Shown: piece by piece, positions 28,446 to 39,607 of the stretch
Layout: the number at the start of each line of letters is the position of its first letter
Position numbering within the stretch: the stretch's first letter is position 1
NCBI RefSeq assembly: GCF_006345805.1
Contig: NC_042998.1
Span: 127,472,001-127,536,000, forward strand
Reading direction: 5' to 3'
From: Octopus sinensis
Taxonomy: Eukaryota
DNA length: 64,000 nucleotides
Program-made: the position numbers and the translations under genes
Notes under the pieces: model-generated
What the model was told of the DNA's origin: nothing
Databases searched by the model: none
What the model saw: only the letters and a program-made list of their open reading frames with translations

Positions 28446-30480
28446 CCTGTATGGGACCGGCGTTTCATTTAGGAGATTGTTGTAATCCTAGACATTTACA
28501 CGACACCTGGTAACCGTCTTTATGAAACCATGACTCAAGGAAGATAAATTGTACATACACACACACAAACACATACATACATACACATATACAAATGCAT
28601 ACATAGACAGACAGTCAGACAGACAGAGTTATACCCACATGTATACCCACATACCCACCTGAATACCGACATACAAATATATACATATGTGTGTGTGTGT
28701 GTTCGTGTGTGTGTCTGTGTGTGTGTGTTTGTGTGTGTGTATGTGTTTGTGTGTGTGCGTGTGTGAGTGTGTGTATGTGTGTGTGTTATTTCGAGTTATA
28801 GTAGCAGTATGAAATTCAACACACAATTGAGAAACATGTAAAGAAGCGATTTAAAAGTAACATGTTTTGGAGATAAATTTGTATGCCTGCACGAGGGAAA
28901 AATAAAACCGAGAAACAGTCACTTATAAAACATAATTTTCTTTACAAGCAATCAGATGCTATGCATTACCCTTGTAAAGTCAAAATATTTAAAACAAATA
29001 AGACATGTAAAAAGAAACAAATCTACGTTTATAAGGATTCATTTAAAACTCTATAGAGAAACAGCAATATGCTATTATAATAAGAAGCCTAATCTACAAC
29101 ATTAATTATTTAAAGCTGGTTCTTCATCATTTCAAATACCATAACCACCACATCGCATTAAATACACACTGAAAAAATAACTAGCGTGCTTTATAAATAA
29201 TTAAAACGGTATTAATCGTGACAATAACTTCAATTTAAAAAATACAGCAAATTATAAAAGGAAAATGTTGCCAACCTCATTAGAGGTGTCAAGAGTCTTA
29301 GCACGTAGTTTATGAATGGTAATACAAATATCGGAAATTTGCTTTTAATTTTCTGACAGAGATTTCGCTTGGACTTAAAAATAAATAGTAAAATAGAAAA
29401 GTGAAACCACTGCAAACAATGGTAATTCGAAAAATAACCACATCAATGAGATGTGTAAACTTCAGTAGAATAAATATATTGATATGACTCACAAAGAAAT
29501 AACAGCCTACATAGCGCTGCAAATACACAGCGTATACATTTTTTTTCCTCGGTAAGGCTCAATGCCAATTTGCATAAGAAAGGGATATCGCTGCTTTCCA
29601 GTACACGAAAATATCACTGGTACTTAATTGTTCGCCCAACGGAGGCATCAGACTCATAGGATATGTATTTATTTTCATTTTCATATGAAAATTAGATTTA
29701 TTCACACCTGTTTTCACCGATATCTTCCTGAGTATCATTGGAGATTTATTTGAACGAACAGTTCTTGCAAATGAAGCTATTCCGAATTAATGATATATTG
29801 TGTTTGCTTGTCTTTATAATTAACGCTCGAATAGCAGATAGATTTCGTTTAAAATTTGTTTTACAAGAAAGGCATCAGTTTGCTTTGGTATAATATGTTT
29901 CAATTGTCCATCACCTTACGGAGAATATGCTAATTAACCCAACGCTAGCGAACACTACACATGAGAAAAAGAGAGAGAAAGGGAGACAGAGAGAGAGAGA
30001 GAAAAGGCGAGACGCAGAGAGAAACAGACAGACAGACAGAAAGAAAGAGATAGACAGACAGTGACAGAATAAGAGAGAGGAGAGACAGAGAGACAGACAG
30101 AGTTAGTGATCTAGAGCTTATGTTTAGGCACGCTGAAATTTATGTGTGTATGTATGATGCACATGTTTTGTATTATATTATTGTTACTGTATTTATTATT
30201 CTCAGGGAATTTGTGAAAATAGTTAGGGTGAATTAGCATATTCCATGCATGCGCCTGGAGAATACTACTTAGACGAAGGTTGATGCTTCGTGACTCGAGT
30301 AATCCTGGATGTATGGGGCTCATTGACTGACACTAATTGGAAGTTCTATATCAGGAGGACTATGTCATTCATGCGTTAACATTATACATATTATCTATCT
30401 CGTTTCGCCATCTTTTCCCTTTCTTTCTCTTCTTTCATACAAACTCCAAATTCTCAGCCCCTAATCTATTTGCATTAGTG

Positions 30481-30544
<64 letters not shown>

Positions 30545-30549
30545 GATTA

Positions 30550-30745
30550 CGGTTGTGGATTGGTAGAATCGTTATCGCGTGGGTACACTTTCGACTAAAT
30601 TTTCTGATTCTAAATCTTGCCGAGGTCGACTTAACCTTGAATCCCTTTCGGGGCTGTAAAAGCAATACTACTTGACCAATGGGGTCAAAGTAATCGACTT
30701 AACCACGCCCTTGAAATTCCTGACATTGTGCCAAAATTTGTAGTC
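30550..30745 (+). mobile_element. SINE family B copy next to (TTA)n
   Basis: ggtagaatcgttatc..gccgaggtcgacttaaccttgaatccctttcgggg..gtaatcgactt..gtgccaaaatttg. Confidence 0.75.
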
Positions 30746-30764
30746 ATCTTTATCATTATCATTA

Positions 30765-31450
30765 TGTTGAAACTCCTAGAGTTTTGCATGCGTAGCGAGT
30801 TGCTACCTGTGGCCTATGGTATCATGCTATTCTTTTCATCTATCTAATTTCCCAGCTATTTTCGCCGTGCACAAGAGGCGAAACTTTTGTAACAGTTATA
30901 CTGGACATTCTATTCCGATTTCCGTCATAATTATATACCTTTTACAATTACCATCGCCAGGCTATTTCCTGGCCGTGCACAGGAGGCGAACCTTTTGTAA
31001 CAGTTATACTGGGCATTCTAATCCGATTTCCGTCATATTTATATACCTTCTACATTTATCATATCCAGGCTATTTCCTGGCTGTGCACAGGAGGCGAACC
31101 TTTTGTAACAGTTGAACTGGGCATTCAATTCCGATTTCCTCCATACTCCTTTTGATGCCGGCATTATCTGCACCTCCTTCACTTACCATAACTGGGTTAT
31201 TTCCTACTTACGAGGTCTGTATACATCCCTTTTTTTGCCTTCCTTCTTGACTATTCGTTGGTCAAAGGGGCACGCAATATCAACTATATAGCACATATGA
31301 TACTGTTTGGATTGGGAAATCACACAATGATTTCCAGGTTTCCGATCCCGCCATTCTGTGTGTTATTGTGCTCATACTACGTCTTGCATTCCAACTTCTT
31401 TTGTTACAAATTGTCGAAAAACTATGAAACTCCAAAGTGCATAATACTGC
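30765..31450 (-). mobile_element. Dong/R4-type relic whose last 108 bp are triplicated in tandem
   Basis: Minus-strand ESETWKSLCDFPIQT-like..CYIVDIACPFDQRIVKKE..EITQLW*VKEVQIMP..MEEIGIECPVQLLQKVRLLCTARK; cttttgtaacagtt at 30884, 30992 and 31100. Confidence 0.75.
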
Positions 31451-32732
31451 AATACATATTTGCACCAAGAATAACATTCAATTCAATAAAGACATAATTT
31501 TGCAGGAACATGATCCCAATTATGTCTTTGTGAGAACCATGAGAGATGTTTGGGTAAGTTATTTATTAAACAAGAAATATCGCAATTATAATCACTGCGT
31601 ATGTTTCAATATTATTTTAATTTATTTTCAAACCAAGGAACTTTATTTCTCGTTGTTCAGTACAGCGCAATTGATCCAATCGGTCCTTGGCTAACTGTAT
31701 CTAAATATGTTCTGCCTGTGATTCATTATATAAAATTAAACAGGAATAATATATCGTCAAACTGAGTTGCAGGACATTAAAATAATCATATCACTTTACA
31801 CAATCACTAGTGCATACTGAGATCTAAGATTTGTCTACTGTACAAATGCGATTTAATATGTTAAAGCAAAATAAAATTTCCTAATGTCAGGGCAGAATGC
31901 TGGTTGTTCTCTATTGGAGAATATTAAAATATATTAGATAAATCACCAAATGTTGTCGTTGATATTAAGATATAGTAAGTGTTTTTAAACGTTCATATAA
32001 AGCGATCAGCTCTTAATATACGTATCAGACCTCTGATTTGTAAACCTTGCAGCATGAAATGTGTTTCCTAGAGAACATGAAAGGTCAGCTCTGAGTAATA
32101 TAATGTGGTTAAATGTATGATTGTATAGGGGGAACTGAAACGGAGTTACTGAAATTAACTGCGGAAGCAGACAATCGATTTAGATTCTTCCTACAGTGCT
32201 GTATTCACTTAAGTAAGTTATTGCATTTATACGTTCTCAACATAATTCGGAGTGAATAATTTAATTAGGATGTTGTAACATCCCTGTGGACCTAAAGGGA
32301 AGGAAGAATCATTTAAATCTTTTAATAATTACATGTAGTCAGTAAATTAATATTCGATCCACGAAATATGTAATTCAGCTACATGTAACATGAAACAATA
32401 TTTCACAGCAGAAATCCAATACACATTTGAAACATCATAACGCCGTCAGAGAATATTGCCATAAACTTAGTTAAAAGTCTTTAAAACTGTCGACTTAACA
32501 GTTCAACATATCTTAAGAGCCATTCTTAGGCCGGATATATATATATACATGTATTTATCTATATCTATCTACCGATCTGTCAATCTATCGTACCTACATA
32601 CACCATACACACACACACACACATTTATATGTGTGTGTAGAAAATTCGTAGTCGCTCGCAACATTATTTTTTTCCAAGAACAATATACTTGTACTCTACA
32701 AGCGTATATAGTAATCGATCGGATTATTGTAA

Positions 32733-32797
32733 AACTGAATATACAAACAAATATATAACTGAATATACAAACAAATATATAACTGAATATACAAACA
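32733..32797. repeat. 24-bp tandem repeat, about 2.7 copies
   Basis: aactgaatatacaaacaaatatat repeated. Confidence 0.85.
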
Positions 32798-33456
32798 TTG
32801 ATGTGTGTTTGTGTGTGTTTGTATGTGTGTGTGTGTGCGCGCGCGCGTGTGTTTTTGTGTGTATGTATGCGTGTTTGTATATATTAGGTGTGTGAACACG
32901 TAAAGAGCAGTAAAAATATTTCTGATTGATAATGAACAAAGTTGGAGTTGCGAGATCAAATAGAGAGTAAGTCCGTGTAATCTTTACGCATATGGTATAA
33001 AAGCAATAAGTAAAAGTTTTTGAGAAAAAGAGTAACAATGAATGAACAAAATTTGACAAACATCGTATCAGATTTCCACTTCGGAGGAATTAGAGGGCGT
33101 CTTTACCTTTCACAAGTTAGTCCATCAGAATTAACAGAAAAAATGTGAAGCATAGAAAATATGAGACAACATGAAAAGTAGTGAGTTCATTACTTGTCTT
33201 TTTTAAAATTACCCAATGTATTGTTTTCTTTAAACACTCCCATATTTCTTTTTGCTGTCCTCTTTGAAAGCAATAATGTCTGTAATACTAAAACATTGTT
33301 TTTCTTTTTCCGTGTCTGAATCATTAAACTGATACCATATTTATCAAATTCGGTCTTCTGCTCTTCTTGTGAATATTTATTGCTTTTGCATGTGTGTCTG
33401 TGCGTGTATCCTGTTTGTATATATGTACATACATACAAACATACACACACATACAA

Positions 33457-33489
<33 letters not shown>

Positions 33490-33524
33490 AATATATATAA
33501 ATACGTGCATATATACATACATAT

Positions 33525-33572
<48 letters not shown>

Positions 33573-33574
33573 GT

Positions 33575-34460
33575 AGGTGAGAGAGTTGGTATGTGAAAGT
33601 ACGTGGTTGGGTGTATAAAAAAATTAAGAAAGTGAAAAAATTACAGAAGGCTTGTGTTATATGGTTAAAGAATATATTTAAGTCGTTATGTTAGAAAAAT
33701 GTTATAAAATTTTGTGTATAGTGTCATAGTTTTTGGAGAAAAAACCGCTTTCGTATTTTCTTTTCAAATTTCTCAAATTTCTTTACCAACATCGTGTCAT
33801 GTCTTCGCTATGTTGGGAAATATGGAGTTCCAGGCAGGGGAAGGTAATCAGGGAATTTTTTCCGGTATAAGGGAGATAATCAAACATGTTGGGAATGACT
33901 AATTAAACACTATTTAACTTAGAAGGAATAGAATGTGGTTGGGTTTTGCTTTATATTTTTTCAATGAAGTGAGTTTCCTTATTTAAAAATGTTACAAATG
34001 GTTACGTTTTGGCTTATATATTTCAATGAAGAAGGTTTCCCTGTTTAATCTAACTTGTGTTGGCGTTCCAATAGCTCATTAATAAAATGGAAAGATTATA
34101 AGTTGTGGTAGTAGTTGCTTTGCGCATTTCTCAATATGTTCACTAAAGAGTATCATTCTGTATTCTGGGAATGCAATCTGTTGTCAATGCAGAGTGCATA
34201 TGCGTCTGAGCGACAATCTTGTGGGCCCTATGTAGTTTTGGTGGAAGCCCGAGCATCTTATGACATAAATTAGGTTTTCTGAAGCACAAGTAAAACTAGA
34301 TTTTATTTTGAATTTTTGTCCCCCATTGATCCTTCTAGAAGGTTTGGACATGTTGCGCAATTTGGTCTGCCACATTTTTTTACTTTTGCATCCGTTATTT
34401 CAGAAAATGATTTTGCCTTTGTGAGGATCGTCTTTAGTGATTTCGGTTGTTTGTAGCTTT
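33575..34460 (-). mobile_element. Penelope-like element (Neptune-type) 3' fragment with GIY-YIG remnant
   Basis: ORF 34184-34375 KFKIKSSFTCASENLIYVIRCSGFHQNYIGPTRLSLRRICTLH (LIY...YIG motif), then *QQIAFPEYRMILFSEHIEKCAK. Confidence 0.75.
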
Positions 34461-34518
34461 ATATATATATGTGTGTGTGTGTATATATATATATGTATAT
34501 ATGTATATATTATGTATG

Positions 34519-34578
<60 letters not shown>

Positions 34579-34808
34579 TATATATTATATATATATATTA
34601 TGTGAAATAGAAAGATGAATAATCTTGTTGTAGATTAATCAAAAGTTAACCGATACCTTAGTAGCAAAAATCACAGCAGTAAACAGCACGGTTGGAGGTA
34701 CAACCATCTGGCGTTGCAACCGTGCGTTGGTGCGGATAATTGAAATTAAAACATTATTGGTGAATTGAGGAAATGGAGCTGAACGCAGATTGAACAGAAA
34801 TCGTTTTA

Positions 34809-34897
34809 TTTCATTCTACACGTGTTTCGAAAGGCACAAATTACCAAAATCCGATTGAATAATGGGACCATATTGTGTCTTTCTCTTCAGGAAGAAA
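34809..34897 (-). ncRNA. Minimal type I hammerhead ribozyme (left arm)
   Basis: Reverse complement of 39090-39178. Confidence 0.8.
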
Positions 34898-35481
34898 AAA
34901 GGAAATCCGTTAGAGAAACAAAAACAGAACAGAGGCGGAGCAAAAACCAAATCGAACTATGCTCCTAAGAGCCCATGGCGAAACTGTTTATCAGTGTTTG
35001 CTGAGAACCGGTGGCTGAAGAATTCTACAGGTCAGGCATCGGTCAATCATGTGGGTGAGGGTGTATAGATGTTCTTAGTGACCGAGAATAAAGTTCTGAC
35101 TATTTAAGGAATATTGGATGTTTTATAAGGGGCGAGAAAAAATCTACTTAGAGACGTGTGTGTGTGTGTATACTGTTCTATATATGTGTGTGTTGGCGTA
35201 GGGGTAGAGAACACTTTTTGTGTACGTGTGTGCGTTTGATCGTTCGGCTGTCAGTGGCTACTGCCGTGATAACCGTTGGGTGGCAGAAAGAAAAAAATAT
35301 ATATATATATTATGTTTTATGTGTATGTGTGTTCATCTGAGCCTGCCTTGTCAAGGAAACCCCCCGCTGTGAAAAAACCAAGCCCCGTTTGTCTTACAGG
35401 AGTAATTCCCCTTGCAGTGGATAATCGTAGATATCTAAAGGCTATTTCAGAATTTGTTACCAAGGGCTATGGGTGCCGGTA

Positions 35482-36995
35482 TTATTTATAAACGCTATTT
35501 AAAAGCCAGATAAGTGTAACGCCGCCAATGGGGCATCGAAAAGCCGACTGTAAGAGCCCGTTTACCATCCGGCCTCTGGCAAACAAAATATGGAAGAGTT
35601 CGGAGACACAAAGGTTACACTGTCTTCTGCCCCTATCAAATGGGAGGGCCACCGACAAAATTGACCATTCCAGCCTGTAGCTTAAGTTCGTATCCTTCAG
35701 TCGCCATATTAGCTTACTGAGTCCCGTGGTCTGGCGCTTGTTCACGTCCCGAAAAGTTGCGTAATGATTGGAGACACGCAAAGACAATCTTGAGGATGAT
35801 GCCCCTACATAAGTGAAGACATCTGAGTCCGTGTAAACCTTGCATTGGTAGACGGCGTTTTTGATCTTGGAGTTCGCCGACGTAAATCTTAATCTGCTAG
35901 GATTAGTTTCTGAAATTAGAACTGCGTTCCTGTCACTATATTCGTTCCGAGACCTGCAGCCGCTTACTACTCTATTTTCCACTACGTCACTATTAACTAT
36001 AGGAATAACCCCTGATTCTCCACTATCTATCAGAGTACTGTCATTGCTAGTGCCCGTGGTGCTGCTATTGCGGGAAATGATGCTGGGGTTGCTATTGGGG
36101 CTCTCTACCCTACTCCCATTGTTACCGTCAACCACAACACCCCTATTTATAACTATACCCCTAGTGGGTACTCCCTGGCTGGAGCTGAGATTATGTGTCA
36201 CTGTACTGGCTCTCATATCATTATTACTACTATAATTATTCCTACTGAGCATTAAACCGGGAGCGGAAGAGGCTGTGCCTCCGGAAAAAGGTGATAGGGT
36301 CTTAGTAAGTAGCCTATTATTATGGGAGGCGATTATCTGGGCGAGGTTTTTAGTGTTGGAGAAAGCTATCCTAACTTTATGTGAGTTAACCGTGGAGTAA
36401 TATTTGGAATTTCTGGGGAAGTTATTGGCGATGGCTTGTCTAAACAAGAGGGGGAGGTTAGTTCTAATCTGCTTACCAAAGGGGATTACAAACCATATAT
36501 GCTTATTCCTATCAGTGTGATGGGTCGGGACGCTAGCTCTCGCACTCTGGTGGGTGATTCTCGGATAAATAACGGGTCTTGGGTTAGTGTAAGACCTCCC
36601 GGACCGATAATTATCCTTGTTCGCTAAATTAAATGCTGGAGCGACTACCCCGGCATCCGCCGCGCTCCCGTCCTTACTTAAAATGTTAATGTTATTATAT
36701 ACGGCCCTATCCTGATGACCGAATGATGCATCGGAAGGGCCGGATCAATATAAATTACCTTCTGCCTATAACCGGCCTTGGACAGTGCGGCGTTATAAAA
36801 TTCCGCTTTCTGCATAAAAATATCGGCACTGGCGGACAAGCCAGACAATCTTAGAGAGATGTTTTTAACCAAATTGTCTGTTACGGTTTTGGCATGATTT
36901 GAGAAGACACTGACATACTTCAAATTAGTGGAAGGCTTATGGTAAGGGCAGTATGAGTCGCTATTAAGGTTAAGTGTAACGTCTAGGAAATTAGC
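35482..36995 (-). pseudogene. PLE RT-thumb plus GIY-YIG endonuclease coding region, left arm (5'-truncated, 2 frameshifts)
   Basis: ORFs 36678-36923 and 35482-36447. Confidence 0.88.
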
Positions 36996-36997
36996 CT

Positions 36998-38492
36998 TTC
37001 CTAGACGTTACACTTAACCTTAATAGCGACTCATACTGCCCTTACCATAAGCCTTCCACTAATTTGAAGTATGTCAGTGTCTTCTCAAATCATGCCAAAA
37101 CCGTAACAGACAATTTGGTTAAAAACATCTCTCTAAGATTGTCTGGCTTGTCCGCCAGTGCCGATATTTTTATGCAGAAAGCGGAATTTTATAACGCCGC
37201 ACTGTCCAAGGCCGGTTATAGGCAGAAGGTAATTTATATTGATCCGGCCCTTCCGATGCCATCATTCGGTCATCAGGATAGGGCCGTATATAATAACATT
37301 AACATTTTAAGTAAGGACGGAGCGCGGCGGATGCCGGGGTAGTCGCTCCCGCATTTAATTTAGCGAACAAGGATAATTATCGGTCCGGGAGGTCTTACAC
37401 TAACCCAAGACCCGTTATTTATCCGAGAATCACCCACCAGAGTGCGAGAGCTAGCGTCCCGACCCATCACACTGATAGGAATAAGCATATATGGTTTGTA
37501 ATCCCCTTTGGTAAGCAGATTAGAACTAACCTCCCCCTCTTGTTTAGACAAGCCATCGCCAATAACTTCCCCAGAAATTCCAAATATTACTCCACGGTTA
37601 ACTCACATAAAGTTAGGATAGCTTTCTCCAACACTAAAAACCTCGCCCAGATAATCGCCTCCCATAATAATAGGCTACTTACTAAGACCCTATCACCTTT
37701 TTCCGGAGGCACAGCCTCTTCCGCTCCCGGTTTAATGCTCAGTAGGAATAATTATAGTAGTAATAATGATATGAGAGCCAGTACAGTGACACATAATCTC
37801 AGCTCCAGCCAGGGAGTACCCACTAGGGGTATAGTTATAAATAGGGGTGTTGTGGTTGACGGTAACAATGGGAGTAGGGTAGAGAGCCCCAATAGCAACC
37901 CCAGCATCATTTCCCGCAATAGCAGCACCACGGGCACTAGCAATGACAGTACTCTGATAGATAGTGGAGAATCAGGGGTTATCCTATAGTTAATAGTGAC
38001 GTAGTGGAAAATAGAGTAGTTAGCGGCTGCAGGTCTCGGAACGAATATAGTGACAGGAACGCAGTTCTAATTTCAGAAACTAATCCTAGCAGATTAAGAT
38101 TTACGTCGGCGAACTCCAAGATCAAAAACGCCGTCTACCAATGCAAGGTTTACACGGACTCAGATGTCTTCACTTATGTAGGGGCATCATCCTCAAGATT
38201 GTCTTTGCGTGTCTCCAATCATTACGCAACTTTTCGGGACGTGAACAAGCGCCAGACCACGGGACTCAGTAAGCTAATATGGCGACTGAAGGATACGAAC
38301 TTAAGCTACAGGCTGGAATGGTCAATTTTGTCGGTGGCCCTCCCATTTGATAGGGGCAGAAGACAGTGTAACCTTTGTGTCTCCGAACTCTTCCATATTT
38401 TGTTTGCCAGAGGCCGGATGGTAAACGGGCTCTTACAGTCGGCTTTTCGATGCCCCCATTGGCGGCGTTACACTTATCTGGCTTTTAAATAG
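36998..38492 (+). pseudogene. PLE RT-thumb plus GIY-YIG endonuclease coding region, right arm (5'-truncated, 2 frameshifts)
   Basis: FLDVTLNLN.. in frame with ORF 37064-37342, then ORFs 37540-37989 and 38004-38492. Confidence 0.88.
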
Positions 38493-39089
38493 CGTTTATA
38501 AATAATACCGGCACCCATAGCCCTTGGTAACAAATTCTGAAATAGCCTTTAGATATCTACGATTATCCACTGCAAGGGGAATTACTCCTGTAAGACAAAC
38601 GGGGCTTGGTTTTTTCACAGCGGGGGGTTTCCTTGACAAGGCAGGCTCAGATGAACACACACACACATAAAACATAATATATATATATATTTTTTTCTTT
38701 CTGCCACCCAACGGTTATCACGGCAGTAGCCACTGACAGCCGAACGATCAAACGCACACACGTACACAAAAAGTGTTTTCTACCCCTACGCCAACACACA
38801 CATATATAGAACAGTATACACACACACACACGTCTCTAAGTAGATTTTTTCTCGCCCCTTATAAAACATCCAATATTCCTTAAATAGTCAGAACTTTATT
38901 CTCGGTCACTAAGAACATCTATACACCCTCACCCACATGATTGACCGATGCCTGACCTGTAGAATTCTTCAGCCACCGGTTCTCAGCAAACACTGATAAA
39001 CAGTTTCGCCATGGGCTCTTAGGAGCATAGTTCGATTTGGTTTTTGCTCCGCCTCTGTTCTGTTTTTGTTTCTCTAACGGATTTCCTTT

Positions 39090-39178
39090 TTTCTTCCTGA
39101 AGAGAAAGACACAATATGGTCCCATTATTCAATCGGATTTTGGTAATTTGTGCCTTTCGAAACACGTGTAGAATGAAA
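39090..39178 (+). ncRNA. Minimal type I hammerhead ribozyme (right arm)
   Basis: Stem I tttcttc, core CTGAAGA (39097-39103), stem II gaaagacacaa/ttgtgcctttc, GAAA (39159-39162), C-ACGT-G palindromic mini stem III, GTA cleavage triplet (39168-39170), stem I' gaatgaaa. Confidence 0.82.
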
Positions 39179-39235
39179 TAAAACGATTTCTGTTCAATCT
39201 GCGTTCAGCTCCATTTCCTCAATTCACCAATAATG

Positions 39236-39270
<35 letters not shown>

Positions 39271-39379
39271 TGAACTTCACAGAAGTTCCTGCCACTAATG
39301 GTTATATTTACATACCGTAATCTACCAGTAAATAATTGTTGGGTTTTTTTGAAAAACCATCGAAGAAATTATTTACTCT

Positions 39380-39464
<85 letters not shown>

Positions 39465-39607
39465 TAAATTCCAGGGTACCAAAAAGTTATTTCGAAATAT
39501 TTTGCTACTAGTGGTCTAGCGTGAAGAACAAAACTAGTCAATAGGCTTTATCCTATTCATATAAATACAGTTCACATTTAAACGCATAAGAGATGGTCAT
39601 AATAGAA

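Larger units (their letters stand above)
34600..36996 (-). mobile_element. Penelope-like element, left arm (primary 5'-truncated copy with extra 3' segment 34600-34747)
   Basis: ANFLDVTLNLNSDSYCPYHKPSTNLKYVSVFSNH (RT C-terminus), IWFVIPFGKQIRTN, NAVYQCKV...YVG...LRVSNH...LSKLIWRLK...WSIL...CNLCVSE (GIY-YIG). Confidence 0.93.
34748..39239. repeat. Giant palindrome: 2243-bp inverted arms with 6-nt spacer ttagcc (36991-36996)
   Basis: Mirror coordinates sum to 73987 at the centre and at the ends; paired ORFs on opposite strands; only about 4 substitutions and 4 single-base indels spotted. Confidence 0.97.
36997..39239 (+). mobile_element. Penelope-like element, right arm (inverted fold-back copy)
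   Basis: Reverse complement of 34748-36990; abuts (TA)n at 39240. Confidence 0.93.

Noticed and set aside
30816-31115. Repeat-protein ORF or CRISPR-like array
   Set aside because: Whole units repeat with no unique spacers; antisense to a Dong C-terminus; eukaryotic context with no cas genes
33790-33870. Hammerhead in the Neptune-type fragment (minus CTGATTA...GAAGAC)
   Set aside because: Core mutated and no convincing stems
34862-36627. Antisense ORFs in the palindrome arms (34862-35068, 35861-36235, 36436-36627 and their mirrors)
   Set aside because: Shadow frames of the PLE ORF and UTR; duplicated only because of the palindrome
34748-39239. DNA transposon (Foldback or Polinton) with giant TIRs
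   Set aside because: The arms encode Penelope RT/GIY-YIG, there is no internal region or transposase, and the ends are asymmetric
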